From Takakia lepidozioides (lineage: Eukaryota; Plantae; Bryophyta), in the NCBI GenBank assembly GCA_030704615.1, contig CM060732.1:75392001-75456000 (forward strand): a stretch of 64,000 nt of DNA. Reading direction: 5' to 3'. A program made the translations under genes and the position numbers. Below, piece by piece: positions 37,499 through 51,870 of the stretch (position 1 is the first letter of the stretch; each line of letters starts with the position of its first letter). The notes beneath the pieces are model-generated. The model searched no databases and was not told the DNA's origin. It worked only from the letters and a program-made list of their open reading frames with translations.

Positions 37499-39060
37499 TT
37501 GGACATTGTGGCAAGCCATGAGATGTACTCATTCATGGATGGCTTCAGTGGGTATAATCAAGTGCAAGTGGCAGAAGAAGACCAGGGAAAGACAGCTTTC
37601 ATCACAGACTGGGGTGCTTATGCATACAAAGTCATGCTTTTTGGACTTTGTAATGCACCAGCAACTTTTCAGAGAGTGATAAGTGAATCTTTCCAAGAGT
37701 ATTTGGATGATTTCATGCAAGTGTTCTTAGATGACTTCAGCGTGTACAACTCTAAGAATGAGCACTTGCATAAGTTGGAGTTATGTTTGGCCAGATACAG
37801 GATGAGAGGTCTGGGCCTGAACCCAGAGAAGTGTACTTTCTGTGTGAACTCAGGGGTACTTCTGGGACACATTGTGTGTAAGAGGGGACTGCTTGTGGAT
37901 CCCAAAAAGACAGAAGCCATTAAAGCATCTCCACCACCGGGAAATGTTAAGAGTCTAAGGAGATTCCTTGGACAAACCAGCTACTACAGAAGGTTTGTCA
38001 GACGGTATGCACAGATAGCAGCACCATTGAGCAAGCTTTTGAAGAAGGATGCAGTGTTTGCATGGACAGCTTAATGCCAACAGACATTTGAGGAATTTAC
38101 ATTGTCAGTAACAACTACACCTGTGCTGATTAACCCACATTGGCATGTAGTATTTCATGTGCACTGTGATGCCTCAGGAGAAGCATTGGGAGCGGTGTTA
38201 GCCCAAAATGTCACAGGAAACATAGATTCATCTGTGTACTATGCTAGCAGGTTGTTGAATAGTGCTAAAATGAACTATAGCACCACTGAAAGAGAAGCAT
38301 TGACAATGATTTATGCAGTCAAGAAATTCAGGCATTACCTATTGGGAAGAAAGTTTATGTTTTATGTGGATCATCAGGCTTTGATTTATTTGGTGAACAA
38401 GCCTTTGATAAGTGGCAGGATAGCAAGATGGTTAATAATCTTGCACGAGTTTGAATTCGAAGTTGTTTACAAGCCTGGCCGTCTGCATCTTGTGGCAGAT
38501 TACTTGTCACGCCTATCAACAGGAGAGCCCGCCACGGGAGTAGACGACCAACTCCCTGATGCGAGTCTATTTGCAGTGGAGGTGCAAAGAAGTATACATG
38601 ATTGGTTAGATTGGCAGTGGCCAATTAGATACTACCTTACTCATGGTAAGTGCCCACCCAGTTATGGGAAGGAACAGAGGAAGATAATAGCTATCAAGGC
38701 TTTACCTTACACTATGATAGGTGGCAGATTGTATAAGCTAGGACCTGATGGAGTTCTTAAACGATGCTTGTACCACCATGGAGTAAATAAAGTTCTGGAA
38801 GAAGTTCATAAAGGAGTGGCTGGAGGTCATTTTGGAGAGGAGACTACCAGCAGAAAAATACTACTCGCAGGTTACTGGTGGCCTACTCTGTTCAAAGATG
38901 TGCACAAGTATTGCAAGAGTTGTGATGAGTGTCAGAGGCTAGGACCTTTGCAAAGAACTGGGAAGATGACTTTGCATCCGACGATGCCTACTGAACCATT
39001 TCAGAAATGAGGACTAGACTTTGTTGGACCAATAAACCCACCAGCCAGAAATACACAGAA
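37499..39060 (+). mobile_element. Ty3/gypsy (non-chromovirus-like) pol fragment: RT, RNase H, integrase N-terminus
   Basis: YSFMDGFSGYNQ, FGLCNAPATFQR, FLDDFSV, HCDAS, NYSTTEREAL, GGHFG..YWWPTLFKD..C..CQ, *GLDFVGP. Confidence 0.93.
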
Positions 39061-39062
39061 CA

Positions 39063-39650
39063 AGGGTTACATGGAGTGAGGGTTACATAGGGGCGAGGGT
39101 GACACTCTGCGGTGTTACAGAGGTTTGCAAAGTGTTACCGAGGGTTACATGAAGTGAGGGTTACATAGGGGTGGGGGTGACACTCTGCGGTGTTACAAAG
39201 GTTTACATGGGTTACAGAGGGTTACACCTGGTGAGGGTCACAGAGGGTTACATGGGTTACATGGGTTACAGAGGGTTACGGAGGGTTACATGGAGTGAGG
39301 GTTACATAGGGGTGAGGGTGACACTGAGCGGTGTTACAGAGGGATACACGGGTTACAAAGAGTTACATGGTGGTGAGGGTTACACCTGGTGAGGGTTATA
39401 GAGGGTCATAGAGGGTTACATGGGGGTGAGGGTGACACTCTGTGGTGTTACAGAGGGTTACATGAGGGTTACAAAGGGTCATGGGGTTACATGGGTTGAA
39501 GAGGGTTGCAGAGGGTTGCAGAGGGTTACATGGGTTACAGAGGGTTACATGGTGGTGTGGGTTACACTCGGCGGAGTTACAGAGAATTGCATGCGGGTGA
39601 GGGTTAAACCCGGGGCGGGGGTTACAAGGGCTGACGTGCAAGGGATTACA
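39063..39650 (+). repeat. Degenerate GGGTTACA-based simple repeat
   Basis: Dozens of GGGTTACA(T/G) and GAGGGTTAC units with a longer-period substructure. Confidence 0.9.
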
Positions 39651-40239
39651 GGGAACTGGCGGACTGGTGGAAGCGGTGGATTGGTGTCGTAGAACGATGA
39701 CGCGCCGGGGGCGACGACGCCGATGGGATGAGAGCGGGGGTGGGGAGGGATTGACCGAGCCCAGCCGGCTGCCTTTCGATGGCTGCCGGAGGCGGAGAAC
39801 TGGCGGGGTGTCAGGGCTGAACCGTCCTGACGCGCTCGCATTAAGTTCTTACATTATTCCTATTATCTTCTATTTTTATTAGTTTATCAACAATTGTAAT
39901 TGATAATATAACTGAATATTTTGAAGTTTTTGCATGAGTTAATAACAAAAGCACAATGAACATAACATAACATAAGCTCATACTTGTGCAAACTTTCAAA
40001 TTAATAGGGATTTTGGCATGTTTACAAAATAATTTAAATTTAAGATTTTCTTAGGCCAATCCCAGTCATTACACAGTGGAAAGTTAGTTGATCATTTAGA
40101 CCAATGAAAATCTTGACATGGTGTAAACATAGTTCATCACATGTTACATAGAGTGTAAACCAATAACAGTCTTGACACGGTGTAAGGTCAGTTGACCATA
40201 TTTTCTCCATTGACTTCAACATGATGCAAAGTCTCTGCC

Positions 40240-40460
40240 ATGAAGGGACAGAGCCAACAAACCACAATGCCTCCAACAATGCCTAATGGTATCACAACTT
40301 ATATGGATGCGCCATGCTTGCTCAACCATCTGGACAGCTTGGTACACATCAACAGTGGAAGCTCTATCGGCCATTAAGCTCTCAATTTGATGATGAATAA
40401 AAGCTTTTTGTAATGAGCTTTGAAACATCCTATGATTCTTGCATCCATAGGTTGCCACTT
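40240..40460 (-). mobile_element. pogo/Tigger (DDE_1) transposase remnant
   Basis: WQPMDARIIGCFKAHYKK followed by VDVYQAVQMVEQAW..TIRHCWRHCGLL. Confidence 0.75.
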
Positions 40461-42724
40461 ACTCATTGTATTGGGAGGCAACATCAGTATGGTTGTGATC
40501 CTAATTGGAGGTTCCAAATCCCACCAACTAATTGGAGGTGCATAATGACATGTAACAAATATGGAGGGTGGTTTTACACCATAGAGAGTATGACTTTCCT
40601 AACATTTAACAAATAACACTCTTAGATTCTACGGAGTATAGAAAACGTAACAATAAAACAGACATAATATATACGGAGGTAACATTTAAAGAGGGTCTAC
40701 CGTATCCATGAACATTCAACATTCCTTACAGTTTGTATCAAATACAATGTTTGTTAATTTGATTTGATACAAGACAGCTTCCTGACATGAAATGTGTTGT
40801 GATTGTTACATTACTGAGACAGCTGTAGTTGCATCGATAGCCTCTACGAGCAGAGGAAGCAGTGAAACAACATTTGTCACATTGAGAAAGTACATCGTCC
40901 GAAGTTTGTGACAGATGCGGAAAGAGAATGGCTATGGACATCAATTATCAGTTGATGAATCATGTATGTTTCATATCTCTTCCTCACGACTACCACCATG
41001 CCTTTTCAGTATCTGAGCCTAGGTATAGGTACTAAGTAAAATCAACATTCTAAGAAAATTAGGCTACGTCCTACGTTTCTTTGGACGGGCCATTCCCCTC
41101 CCTCCCTGTGCTTCCTCAATCGAATCTGTCCAGAGTCTAGTGTTGATGAGATCTGGTCTAGCACAACATTACTAGGCCGTCGGTCTTCCAACTGGCCGGT
41201 AGTATGGAAGACGCTTTGGTAGAAGTGAGCAAAGCAGCTGGTCCTCATTCAAAGACATGTCATCTAGGGGCTTCCAGGGATAGGGTATGGAGTCCGCATG
41301 CGAGCTCGGGAGAACGCCTGAGTACGCTGCCATTCCCACCGCATTTTTGTCCCGGTTCGGTCCTGCGGGAGGCCTCGCATCATGCGGTAGATTAGGGGAC
41401 TGGAATATGGAGCTGAAAGCGGCATCCCCCTTGGCAATTAGCCAAGAACGGAGTCCCTTGCACGATGTTTCCATGGCGCATTCAGGGATGCCAAGGAAAT
41501 CAGGTAATAACCTCGAAACACTTTGCGGTTTCTTCGTTTGGGTCGCTGCAGCGGAGCATATAGGCTTGGAATTATCCATTGATCTATCCAGGAGAAACTA
41601 ATATAGTCTGGTTGAAGATGCACACGGATAGTCAGACCAGGGCTATATCGACACCCTTCCCTCTTGAAACTTTTGGTATTTCTGATACGTAGGTCAAGGC
41701 TGGAGCTTGGAACAACGCTGGGGGGCGTTCTTGCCAGATCCTTCGGGTTGATGGTTGTGGCTTGGTTAATGCTGTGGCTGCTCAGCTGCACCCTGCTGGT
41801 TTTCACAGACGAGTCCAAAATCTCCAGCCTACCTACATAAGCAGTGCACACAAGAGGTCCTGTGGATTGAGGGTTGGTTCAATCCTCCCTGGGTGAAAGA
41901 AAAGCTAATTGCCATGACACAAGGTCGGGAACAGTCTAGTGATGATGGAAAGATATCGGAGTGTGGGTCTGATGTGGATGGTGAGCTCCTTGGAAGCTTG
42001 AAGATGACAGAAAGTGTGATTTGAAATGAGCGTGATTAGAGAGGCAGCCTTGTCATGCACAAACTTGCTTAGCATCCGTAAGTCTGGCCATGTTTATATC
42101 TTCCTCTTTGTTTTACTTCAGATAGAGCCCAGACTCATGAATGTTTTTGAAAGCTACACCAGCACTCCTCCATGGAAGTACCTGTCAAAGTTTTGATGCT
42201 CTTGGAGTTTCTAGCACGAAGGTCAACCATGGAGCATGGAACAGTGCTGGCAAGAGTCCTCTAAAGCTCGTTCACCACAGGGGGACAACCGCAATGGCAA
42301 GGTGTGGCTTTCTTGGTGAAGGAGTTTTTCTGTTCTGCCTGGTGTTTAGAAGGTGATTGGAAGGGACGCCGTGTTGAAAATATGTCTCCTCAGCTGCACC
42401 CGGTTGGTTTCCACAGGCCAATCCAAGATCACTGGACTACAGACACCAGCAGCGTGCACAAAAAGTCCTACAGATTGAGGGTTGGTTGAATCCTCCTTCG
42501 ATGAAAGAAAAGCCAGCTGCTTCCATGAGACAAGGTCAAGCACAACATGGTGAGGCCATCATCTTCTTCAAACATTTAGGCTTGTTTTTTCCGCTTTATC
42601 AGATTCATCCCTACTTTTCATTCAGCTCTGGAAGTTAGCTCTTTTTGAAGTCTCGTCAGCAATTCAGTGTAGGATCTAGTGTGTGTAGAGATAGGGGTGT
42701 TTGCTAAATAGAGTGTGGGTCCAG

Positions 42725-45256
42725 ATCCATTCAAGAGGGCTAGATCTCAAGCACAAGAGTACCAATGAGGCACTGTGGATTAATAGCTACAAGAAACCTG
42801 CACGGGCAGATGGTCAACTGGAAGCAGCAGCAGCACAGTCCATAAAACCAGGCACCTCCACCATGTCCACCTATTTCAAAAGAGGACCAAGAAAGGAAGT
42901 CTGCAAGATCTCTTCTGGCAACTGTGGGCTGGTGAGGACACTATGTGAAGCAGGACAACTGAAAGAGGCTCTGCACATTTTGAATCAAGGAGGCATTTCA
43001 GCAGATTCGGATACTTACATCTGTCTCTTGAATAAGTGCATTAAGACAAAAGGCCTGGCAGCGGGAAAGCAGGTGCACTGCCACATTATCCAAACTGGAT
43101 TCAAAGCAAACGTGTTTCTACACAACACTCTAGTCAACATGTATATCAAATGCGGGAGCATCGTGGATGCACATCGAGTGTTTGACAACATGCCTGAACG
43201 AGGCTTGGTCACGTGGAATATAATGATGGCAGGATATACCAAACATGGTTGTGGTAGGAATGCCTTGGAGACCTATGAGCAAATGACACAGGAAGGGATG
43301 ATGCCCAACCAGGTCACGTTCATTTGTGTTCTCAAGGCATGTGCCCGCCTGGCAGCCCTGGAAAAGGGTAAACAGGTCCATGCTGACATTGTGAAAGCTG
43401 GAGTTGTACCAAATATGATTCTGACTACCACCCTCGTGGACATGTATGCCAAATGCGGGAGCATAGAGGATGCAAAGGGAGTGTTTGACAAAATGCCCGA
43501 ACGAGACGTGGTGTCATGGAGTGCAATGATTGGAGGATATGCCCAGAAGAACTGTGGAATGGAGGCTCTGGAGATGTATGAGCAAATGATGCAGGAAGGG
43601 GTGAAGCCCAACCATGTCACTTTCATTTGCGTCTGCAATGCGTGTGCGAGGCTGGCAGCCTTGGAAAAGGGCAAAGAGGTCCATGCTGACATCAGGAAAG
43701 CTGGTATTGTACCAGATGTCACCCTGAACAATGCCCTTGTGGACATGTATGCAAAATGTGGGAGCATCAAGGATGCCATGGGAGTGTTTGACAATATGGA
43801 TGAACGAGATGTTGTGTCCTGGAATGCGATGATCGCAGGATATACCCAGCATGGCTGGGGGATGGAGGCTGTTGAGACGTATGAGCAAATGATGTGGGAA
43901 GGAATGAAGCCAGACCAGGTCACATTTGTTTCCATTTGCAATGCGTGTGCAAGCCTGGCAGCCCTGGAAAAGGGCAAAGAGATTCATGCTGACATCCAGA
44001 AAGCTGGAATTGTACCAAATATGATTCTGAGTACAACCCTTGTGGACATGTACTCCAAATGTGGGAGCATCGAGGATGCAAAGGAAATTTTTAACAACAT
44101 GGCTGAGCGAAATGTGGTGTCATGGGGTGCAATGATCACAGCATATGCAGAGCATGGGTGTGGGATGGAGGCTTTGGAGACCTATGAGCAAATGGTGCGT
44201 GAAGGGGTGCAGCCAGACCAGGTCACGTTTGTTTGCGTTTGCAATGCTTGTGCGAGCCTGGCAACCCTGGAAAAGGGTAAAGAGGTCCATGCTGACATCC
44301 AGAAAGCTGGCATTGCACCAGATGTAACTTTGAACAATACCCTGGTGGACATGTATGCCAAATGTGGCAGCATCAAGGATGCACAGGGAGTGTTTGACAA
44401 TATGGCTGAACGAAATGTGGTCTCCTGGAGTGCGATGATCGCAGGATATTCCCAGCATGGGTGTGGGATGGAGGCTTTGGAGACTTACGAGCAAATGATA
44501 CAGGAAGGGGTGAATCCCAACCAGGTCACGTTTGTTTGTGTTTGCAATGCGTGTGCAAGCCTGGCGACCCTGGAAAAAGGCAAAGAGGTCCATGCTGACA
44601 TCGTGAAATCTGGAATTGTACCAGATGTTATTCTGAACAATACCCTTGTGGACATGTATGCCAAATGCGGGAGCATCAGGGATGCAATGGGAGTGTTTGA
44701 CAACATGACTAATCGAAATGTGGTATCATGGAGTGCAATGGTTGCAGGATATGCTCAGCATGGGTGTCATAGGGATGCCCTGCAGTTGTTTGAGGGAATG
44801 CAACAGGCAGGGTTGAAGCCGAACAGTGTCACATTTCTAGGTGTTCTCCAAGCATGTAGCCATGGGGGCCTAGTGGATGAAGGCAGACACTACTTCAATT
44901 CGCTCAGTCGAGATTATGGCCTCACTCCTGCAGTGGAGCACTACGGCTGCATGGTGGACCTTCTTGGCCGTGCTGGGCAATTGGATGAGGCTGAGGACTT
45001 CATTAACAAAATGCCAGTCCAACCAGATGCTGTGGTGTGGAAAGCCTTGCTTGGTGCCTGCAGAATCCATGGGAATGTGGAGGTGGCAGAACGCGCGGCA
45101 AAATCCATGCTCGAGTGGGATGGACAGGATGTTGCAACTTATGTGTTGCTATCTAATATTACAGCAGAATATGGCAGGTGGGATGATACTGGAAAGGTGA
45201 AAGAAATGATGAAAGACAGGTATGTCAGAAAGGATCCAGGGAATTTCGGGAATTAA
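42725..45256 (+). CDS. PLS-class pentatricopeptide repeat protein with E domain (organellar RNA-editing factor type), no DYW domain
   Basis: Uninterrupted ~840-aa ORF with 101-aa PLS triplets (V(D/N)MYxKCGSI at ~303-nt spacing, six times). Also [26 protein letters not shown] and YVLLSNI..GRWDD..M..KDPG. The start is uncertain (acceptor at 42724; first ATG 42863). Confidence 0.93.
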   Translation: MHSRGLDLKHKSTNEALWINSYKKPARADGQLEAAAAQSIKPGTSTMSTYFKRGPRKEVCKISSGNCGLVRTLCEAGQLKEALHILNQGGISADSDTYICLLNKCIKTKGLAAGKQVHCHIIQTGFKANVFLHNTLVNMYIKCGSIVDAHRVFDNMPERGLVTWNIMMAGYTKHGCGRNALETYEQMTQEGMMPNQVTFICVLKACARLAALEKGKQVHADIVKAGVVPNMILTTTLVDMYAKCGSIEDAKGVFDKMPERDVVSWSAMIGGYAQKNCGMEALEMYEQMMQEGVKPNHVTFICVCNACARLAALEKGKEVHADIRKAGIVPDVTLNNALVDMYAKCGSIKDAMGVFDNMDERDVVSWNAMIAGYTQHGWGMEAVETYEQMMWEGMKPDQVTFVSICNACASLAALEKGKEIHADIQKAGIVPNMILSTTLVDMYSKCGSIEDAKEIFNNMAERNVVSWGAMITAYAEHGCGMEALETYEQMVREGVQPDQVTFVCVCNACASLATLEKGKEVHADIQKAGIAPDVTLNNTLVDMYAKCGSIKDAQGVFDNMAERNVVSWSAMIAGYSQHGCGMEALETYEQMIQEGVNPNQVTFVCVCNACASLATLEKGKEVHADIVKSGIVPDVILNNTLVDMYAKCGSIRDAMGVFDNMTNRNVVSWSAMVAGYAQHGCHRDALQLFEGMQQAGLKPNSVTFLGVLQACSHGGLVDEGRHYFNSLSRDYGLTPAVEHYGCMVDLLGRAGQLDEAEDFINKMPVQPDAVVWKALLGACRIHGNVEVAERAAKSMLEWDGQDVATYVLLSNITAEYGRWDDTGKVKEMMKDRYVRKDPGNFGN

Positions 45257-45839
45257 CACAGAAAACTGCAATACATGGAACACACACGGCAACTTCTCTC
45301 ATACATGCTGAAGACAACCTCTATCTTCAACTCTGCATGCTTGCCAGAGACAACATTGAGTCCACCACAGAGCAACAGGAAAAACCCTATATTTTTGCTG
45401 CACCCTATTCGCAGAGTTCTGGGACGATAGCGGTGAGGCTTCTTCACTCCTCCAGTGGTAGGGGCAGACTTCCGAGCAGCCTGAGGACAGAATAAACTGG
45501 TAAGAAAACTCAGGATGAAGAACCCTAAATTTGCTTCTGGCTGTCTGTTTCTAGGCTACTTGAGCCTACAACCATTCTTGGAGGCACAGAAGCTTCAATA
45601 AACCCCTATTCACAAAAATCTTCTGTTTCTTGAAGTCAGCATGCCATTCATAGACACCTAATTTAGGCTGCATCAAACTGCCTCTACCCAGAGCTGCCTC
45701 CATACCTCCCTTTACCTATCTGTAGTGACCAGTTTTTAGGTGTTCTTAGTGGCAATCAGCTGCACACTAGGTGGCCCTTCTCACAAACACATTTTCTCTG
45801 GCTTTTGGAGGGCCCTTGTTTCTTTCTTTTTGCTTGTCT

Positions 45840-48800
45840 CCTCTTATCCCATAAGCTCTTTGAGCTTTCCGAGGGTGTTATACATTACCATTTCATTTCC
45901 TATCCTAAGGAAGCAACAATGGAAGTAGGAAGTGCACTAGTGTCTCCTTAAGGGCAACTCCTTACCATATAGGTACCAGCTCATAGATTCTTCAAACCCA
46001 TTCAGAGCAAAACAGCAAGAGTATGTTTACAAAGCCAACACATACAAACAAATTTGAGGTTTGAGAGAGCTCATAATCCTCATTCTCTGGCCCTTAGTAG
46101 CCTTCTCTGCAACAAAAGAAGGTGAGGCCACTTCTCCTGGCTCCATCAGAGCCAACTAATAAACCATAGTGACCCCTGTGGAACTTCAGCCTTAAACCAC
46201 TTCACACTTGTTGTCAATGTCATCCCTGCCCAATGTACAATACATGTTGCAACCTGACATCTCTGATCCTCGGAAGAAAACCTCTGATGGTAAATGTTTG
46301 CACCAAAGTAGTCACTTCGTAATAGAGAGGCAAATGAAAAAGAGTAGTCTCAATCTCTTGGCCTGTCAACGATGTACAAAAGAAGCAAGACAAAGGCTTA
46401 TCCCATCTAGACCAATCTTATGCTCAGGCTAGATGTGAGTCCTATCTTGACTCGTTCCACTGGCGGTAAAAGAGAGAGATGGTCCAATCTTGAATCATTC
46501 CAATGGTGGTAGAAGAGAGAGATGACAAACACTAGAAGAGAGATGAAACACCCGCACCAGCTGTAGATGCACAGTGGAGGGATCAATATTTGACAATCGT
46601 ACCATGCAGAAACACTTGGAACTGGCTGGAATAAAATGCAATTTGGGGCTCTTCAACCCAAAAAAGAAAAAGCACCGGGTGATTGTTGATTCCACCCTGG
46701 CCTTGCTGAAGGGATGTTATTTCAACCGCACCAATAAAGAGACCAAAATTTCCTTCTCCCTTCATCCACAATGGCAAATGGGGAGTTGTTGTACACCTTC
46801 AAATATCGGAGGAAACCTTTTAAGAGAGGATTAAATTGTGAAAAAGCCTGAACATGGATGTGTGCTCGTGCTGCGGCAAATCAGATCAAATAGTAAACTC
46901 AAGTAACTGAAGGCTGGACTGCGTGGGCCATAAGGTCTTAGCCTCTGCAGGACATCCAAGATGTTTTGGTAGAAACCACAGATGGCAAATTTCAATGGTA
47001 ACCCACTGGAAGATGAGGAGACAAATAGTGTCAGATAGAAATAACTAACACTACAATCAACATGTATGAAGGGGAAGGGAAGTGAGTTTGAGGTCACAAC
47101 CTTTGAAGAAAATCTTCTTAGACGTCCCTCAATTAGTGAAACATATAACACCTATGGCGACTTCTACGTGTGGATTGGCTTCACATTTGTACATTTGTAT
47201 TGGAGTGGAAGGCATGACTGATTGGTGCCAGTTTGGTAGCGGTTGACATTTTGTGCCCTGTGTGCATTTTGCAGATACAAAGTCTGGGCATGTCCAACAA
47301 CTAAGCTTTGAAGGAGCAGATAACATCATTTTTCATGATCCTAATTGAAGTGGCACAACACGAATATTGAAGTCCTCAAGCATCATCTGCAAAAGAACAT
47401 CTTTGATGCAGAAGGAGGCCTGCTTTGCATCCATCCCTTCAAGTCCCATTCAAGTGCTGGAGACATGAATGTGGCCAACCCAAGGTTACTTTTAATGTCT
47501 GAAGGCATCTGTTCATAGAAACCATTTGAAACAACAGAAACATTGGATCTACCATAGACCCTTCGTAGTAGTAATTGACATTGGGGAGTTATCACTATCT
47601 GAATTGTGCCTACTTGAATTCCGGAGAGAACACATACCTGCAAATCACAATGTTAACTCGCTTCCTCCTTCGCTTTTTGCATAAGGTTATTTGAGGCAAG
47701 CGCCCTTCCTGCAAGTTTATTTTCATTTCTATGATAAGCCTCGGGAACTATCTCCTGTCCTCTGCAACAGTCCTCCCTGCATTGTGGTTCACAGAGGCTT
47801 GAAGTTCTAAACTGAAAATTATTTCAATTGGAACCAGCGAAGGCATCCACCAAGTGTGCCAGACCTAAAAATTGAATGTGCCTTTACCGACTGCCCTGAT
47901 GAAGCTGAGGGACAAACACATTCTCTGCTGTGAAGAACCCAGGCTCTGCTCCTTCGTGCACTGCGACCTCTATCGAAACCCAAAATTCATATTGGGTTCA
48001 TGTAGCTGTGTTGGTCCATGGAGGCTTCTGCTACAGAGCTTAACAGCCCGGCACGGATGGTTGGTCTCTCTCGCAGGGGTTCTTTATGGGATGCCAGCAA
48101 CCTTAAGGATGATCTCATTCTCTTCCTTGCTCTCTTCCTGATCGCTGAACATTGCTCAACCTACTCATGTTCCCTCAAACTGGGGTACAAGTTTTATGGT
48201 GAAATCTCTATGCGTCACATGATCTCATGAGGGCAAATGTGGTTGTTGTGACAAGTGGCAACTGGTCTCATCTCTTGTACCAGGTCAAATCCTACTGTTG
48301 GTTTACACCCAAGGATCTCGCTTCTTTTGGCCTCCCAAGATCTGCACAAAATGGGGTGGATCAGACAACAAATAGAGATTTATCTTGAGAAGCCATGGAG
48401 AATCATAACCACCATATCCCTCAAACAAAGAAAGCCTTAGGCTTAGAGAAGGCAGGAGAATTAAGGCACCTAAGAAAATTACACTGTGATGTATGGAAAA
48501 CTAGCCATGACTTATAGATTCTTACTTTGGACAAATGAGTCAAATCAAAACATGGGATGATGGACTCACCATGGTCCAGTTGCACAGATCCCACCTGCAA
48601 GAAATGCCCAACTCAAATGGAGAAAGAATAGAAGTAAAACACATCACATCAGCAATGGGCATGAACAAGAATATGAGAACACCCCTTTCAATCACAATCA
48701 TCCCCAATTATGTCTTACAAGCGAGAAAAGGGTCTGACATACTGCAAAAGATACCAAGTCGAACCATTAACCTTCTTTACCATCTGTAAAGCTGTTGAGC

Positions 48801-51800
48801 ATGCAACATGGAGACTTGCAAGGAAGTGATTATGCACTTCTGGTGCAAACGAGGGATGAGTGAAAGACCAACCCGTGGAGGGAGTTGAGCAACAGAGATC
48901 AATCTCATCAATATGCTCCACATGAATGCCAAGCAGCCAAGCTCCAACTGACACATCCTCATTTTTGTACTCATGTAAAGAGGCACTGCATCATGAGAAC
49001 AGGTACCCCAACAAGATCAACCAGCAACTCAGCAGAGTTCACAATGATCAAGTCTCCTTGGACGACCTCTCTAGATACCACAAACTATTTTGTGTGTCGA
49101 ACAAGATTCTTTACCTGTTGATGGAGATGTATTGAGCCAACACCCTGGACAGTGCATAAATTTGACCAGACGCATGACGGAAGTATCTGCAGGCATGCAC
49201 TTTACAATCAGCCAACTTTGTTTTTTGCATCATTCTGTGACTTTGGCTGGTTTTTTCATGTTGCTGTATTTGCACCAACTGTGCCATCTAAAGAACTCTG
49301 TTGCCTCGTTTCCCAATGCCTTCATGCCTGATTGACACCACCGCTCAGGCAGGTGTATTTCAACACCTGTAGCTTCCATGGTGGAGAGGTCTAGTTTGCC
49401 AATTTCTGTCTGTTATTTTTTTCTGTTCCCCCAAAAAAGCTCCAGGTTTTCAGATTATAGGAAGAAGTCAACTGTTTGGTACACAGTGCAATGCAGCAAG
49501 TGTTGGGGTTGAAAACAAATTACAACAGATAGAGAGCTTTTGGATGGATGGCTTACTGAGACTTCTCCTCCCCAAATTTCCACCATTCAGGCTCATACCA
49601 TTGTGCAGTCCTGTGTAAACAATGTACCCATCATCAGATGCACTGAACACACTCTTTCCCATAGCAAACACCCATAGACCACTTAGTTGAGTTTGATTAG
49701 CTCATTTGTGTTACCAGAAAGCTTAGCTGGCTAAACATTAAGCACTTTTAGCAAAACATGGAAAGAGAATAGTCTAGAACAACTAGGAGGATGGCACTTA
49801 CGAATCACTGACAACCTCCCCAGACTTCATGCAGCCCACATAGGCCCGAGGGTTATCCCAATGGGTGGCCAGCATTGTTCCCAACTTATCTGCTCCATGC
49901 CCATTTGCATACACAACGTCTTCACATTAGTTCCCCTACTGCAAGAGCTGTCTCAATACTGCAGTGTCATCTCTGACTATGCTCAGAAAGACCTGATGAT
50001 GGAAAGAATAATAATGAAATCCACTAAATTCCTCACAGAACTTGGAAAAATTACCAAGAGAGAAAACATCAGTACTGAAAATAAGGCTATGATACTGGGT
50101 AAGGCAAACCACACAACAAGCTCACCTATATTGACAAACACATCGTCATCAACCTTCAGATAGAAATCAGAATCCCATAAGTCTACAGCTACACTGAAGT
50201 AGAGCTTCGTCTTCTGCGCCAGAAGATCATCATCTTCCACATGGTTGTCCTACACGTTCCATAGTTTTCAAAATCAGTTGAGTGACCATTCCTTCACACT
50301 TATAACAGTCCAAGCAATAGAACGTTGAGAGTTAGACACTTGAAACTTTTTGAGGGACTTGAAGGCTTCCAGCTAGAAAGAATACCCAACTAAGAGACTC
50401 CCAGGGCAAGTTTGCTTCAAGTACCTAGCAGATAATCCTGTAAGCTAAACACATCTGAATAACAACCCGCTGGTAATGTTCCTCACTGGCATCAGAGTCT
50501 GATCTGTTTTCTTTCAAGAAAGAAACCTAGCACTGAATCTGGGAGGGTTCGTATCCCATGTGTACTATCCTCAGGTGCCATGTCAGCCAATGTTCACAAG
50601 GAACATCCAATGAGCATCTCTGTCTCCGATTGAGGCTGCTCATGTCAGGGTAACACATCTTATATTGAGGACCAGAAATGCTTGGAAGCTTACCTTAACA
50701 AGGTGTTTGCTTCATTATCATTACCAGATTGAGGTCTGCTTCATGTCTTGATTGTTATGTGTTCTTATCCAAAAAGGTCTGTGGGCCTCTACTGACATCA
50801 TAAAGTACCTCTCATTCTTTCTTTCTTCTTTCTTTCCCATAAGCTCTTTGAGCTTTCCGTGGACGTTATGAAGTACCATTTCATTTCATTTCATTTCTTT
50901 CGTTCTTTATTTTCATTTTCTTGCTCCATTTAAATTGGGCATTATAAAAATATGGCAAGCAAACATAATGGTTACTCTCTATCTCCTACTGTCCATTTAA
51001 CAGTCAGGTTTTCTGGGGCAATAACTGTAGAGGGAGACTTTCCCACAGATTGGGTAGTGAGCCAAAGGTGATTCTCATGGCCAAGCAATACTTGCACTGT
51101 TAACTGTGTGACTGCAGAGTTTGACAACAAGCCCCAATTCCAAAGAAACACTTAGGTCTTCTCGAATCTATAAGTTTGTGCACATGGCAAATCCTGCTGA
51201 GAATCCCACCAAAAAGCAACGGAATTAGAGGTAGTTCAGCGGAGTGGATATATAAAGCTCCAGTACCAAGATAAGGAAGCCATTTGTCTCCTTGCTTTCC
51301 TGATCAATTTGGCGATCCGACAAGTCCCCTCTATTAGCACTGCCGAGCATAGACAAACAATATTTAATGTTTTAGAAAGGATTACACACATGGAAACATG
51401 TGCATGGACATTCGAATGGCCTGAGATATGAAAAAGATGAAATCTCATGTTTTAATCATCAGAACATGGGGCACTGTCGCAGGAGGGTAGTCTGCAACAG
51501 TAGTCGGACTTAGTAGAAACTACAACAGGAGATGGTGGAGTTAATGACAGAGAAAGAAAAGGAGTGTAGAAGAGAGGCACCTTCGTCCAATCACAAATCG
51601 AATGACAATACCCTTGTCTTCCTCAAGCTTCTTAAGTGCTGCACCTGCACAGGGTGACAGATCCAGTCACTACATCCTTCAATCACTCCTTTGGTATGGC
51701 GGGGAAAGCAGAAAGGAGAGAGAAAAAAAGAAATGAAAATAAATGGAACTCTATAACGTCCGCAGAAAGCTCAAAGAGCTTATGGGACAAAAGGAAAGCA

Positions 51801-51870
51801 AGAAACAAGAAAGAAAGACGGAGCCAGAAGCAGCCCAAAGCAACTACTGCTCAAGGGATTGCCTAAGGGT
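45840..51870. repeat. Short dispersed 3'-end copies of the LINE at ~45840-45900 (+), ~50815-50900 (+) and ~51725-51870 (-)
   Basis: CCCATAAGCTCTTTGAGCTTTCCG..GTTAT..CCATTTCATTTC motif in each copy. Confidence 0.85.

Noticed and set aside
41040-42540. ORFs at 41172-41851 and a ~150-bp dispersed repeat (41783-41927 / 42390-42538)
   Set aside because: No recognisable motifs. Probably decayed TE sequence that cannot be assigned without a search.
43015-44706. Antisense ORFs over the PPR gene
   Set aside because: Shadow frames of the repetitive coding strand.
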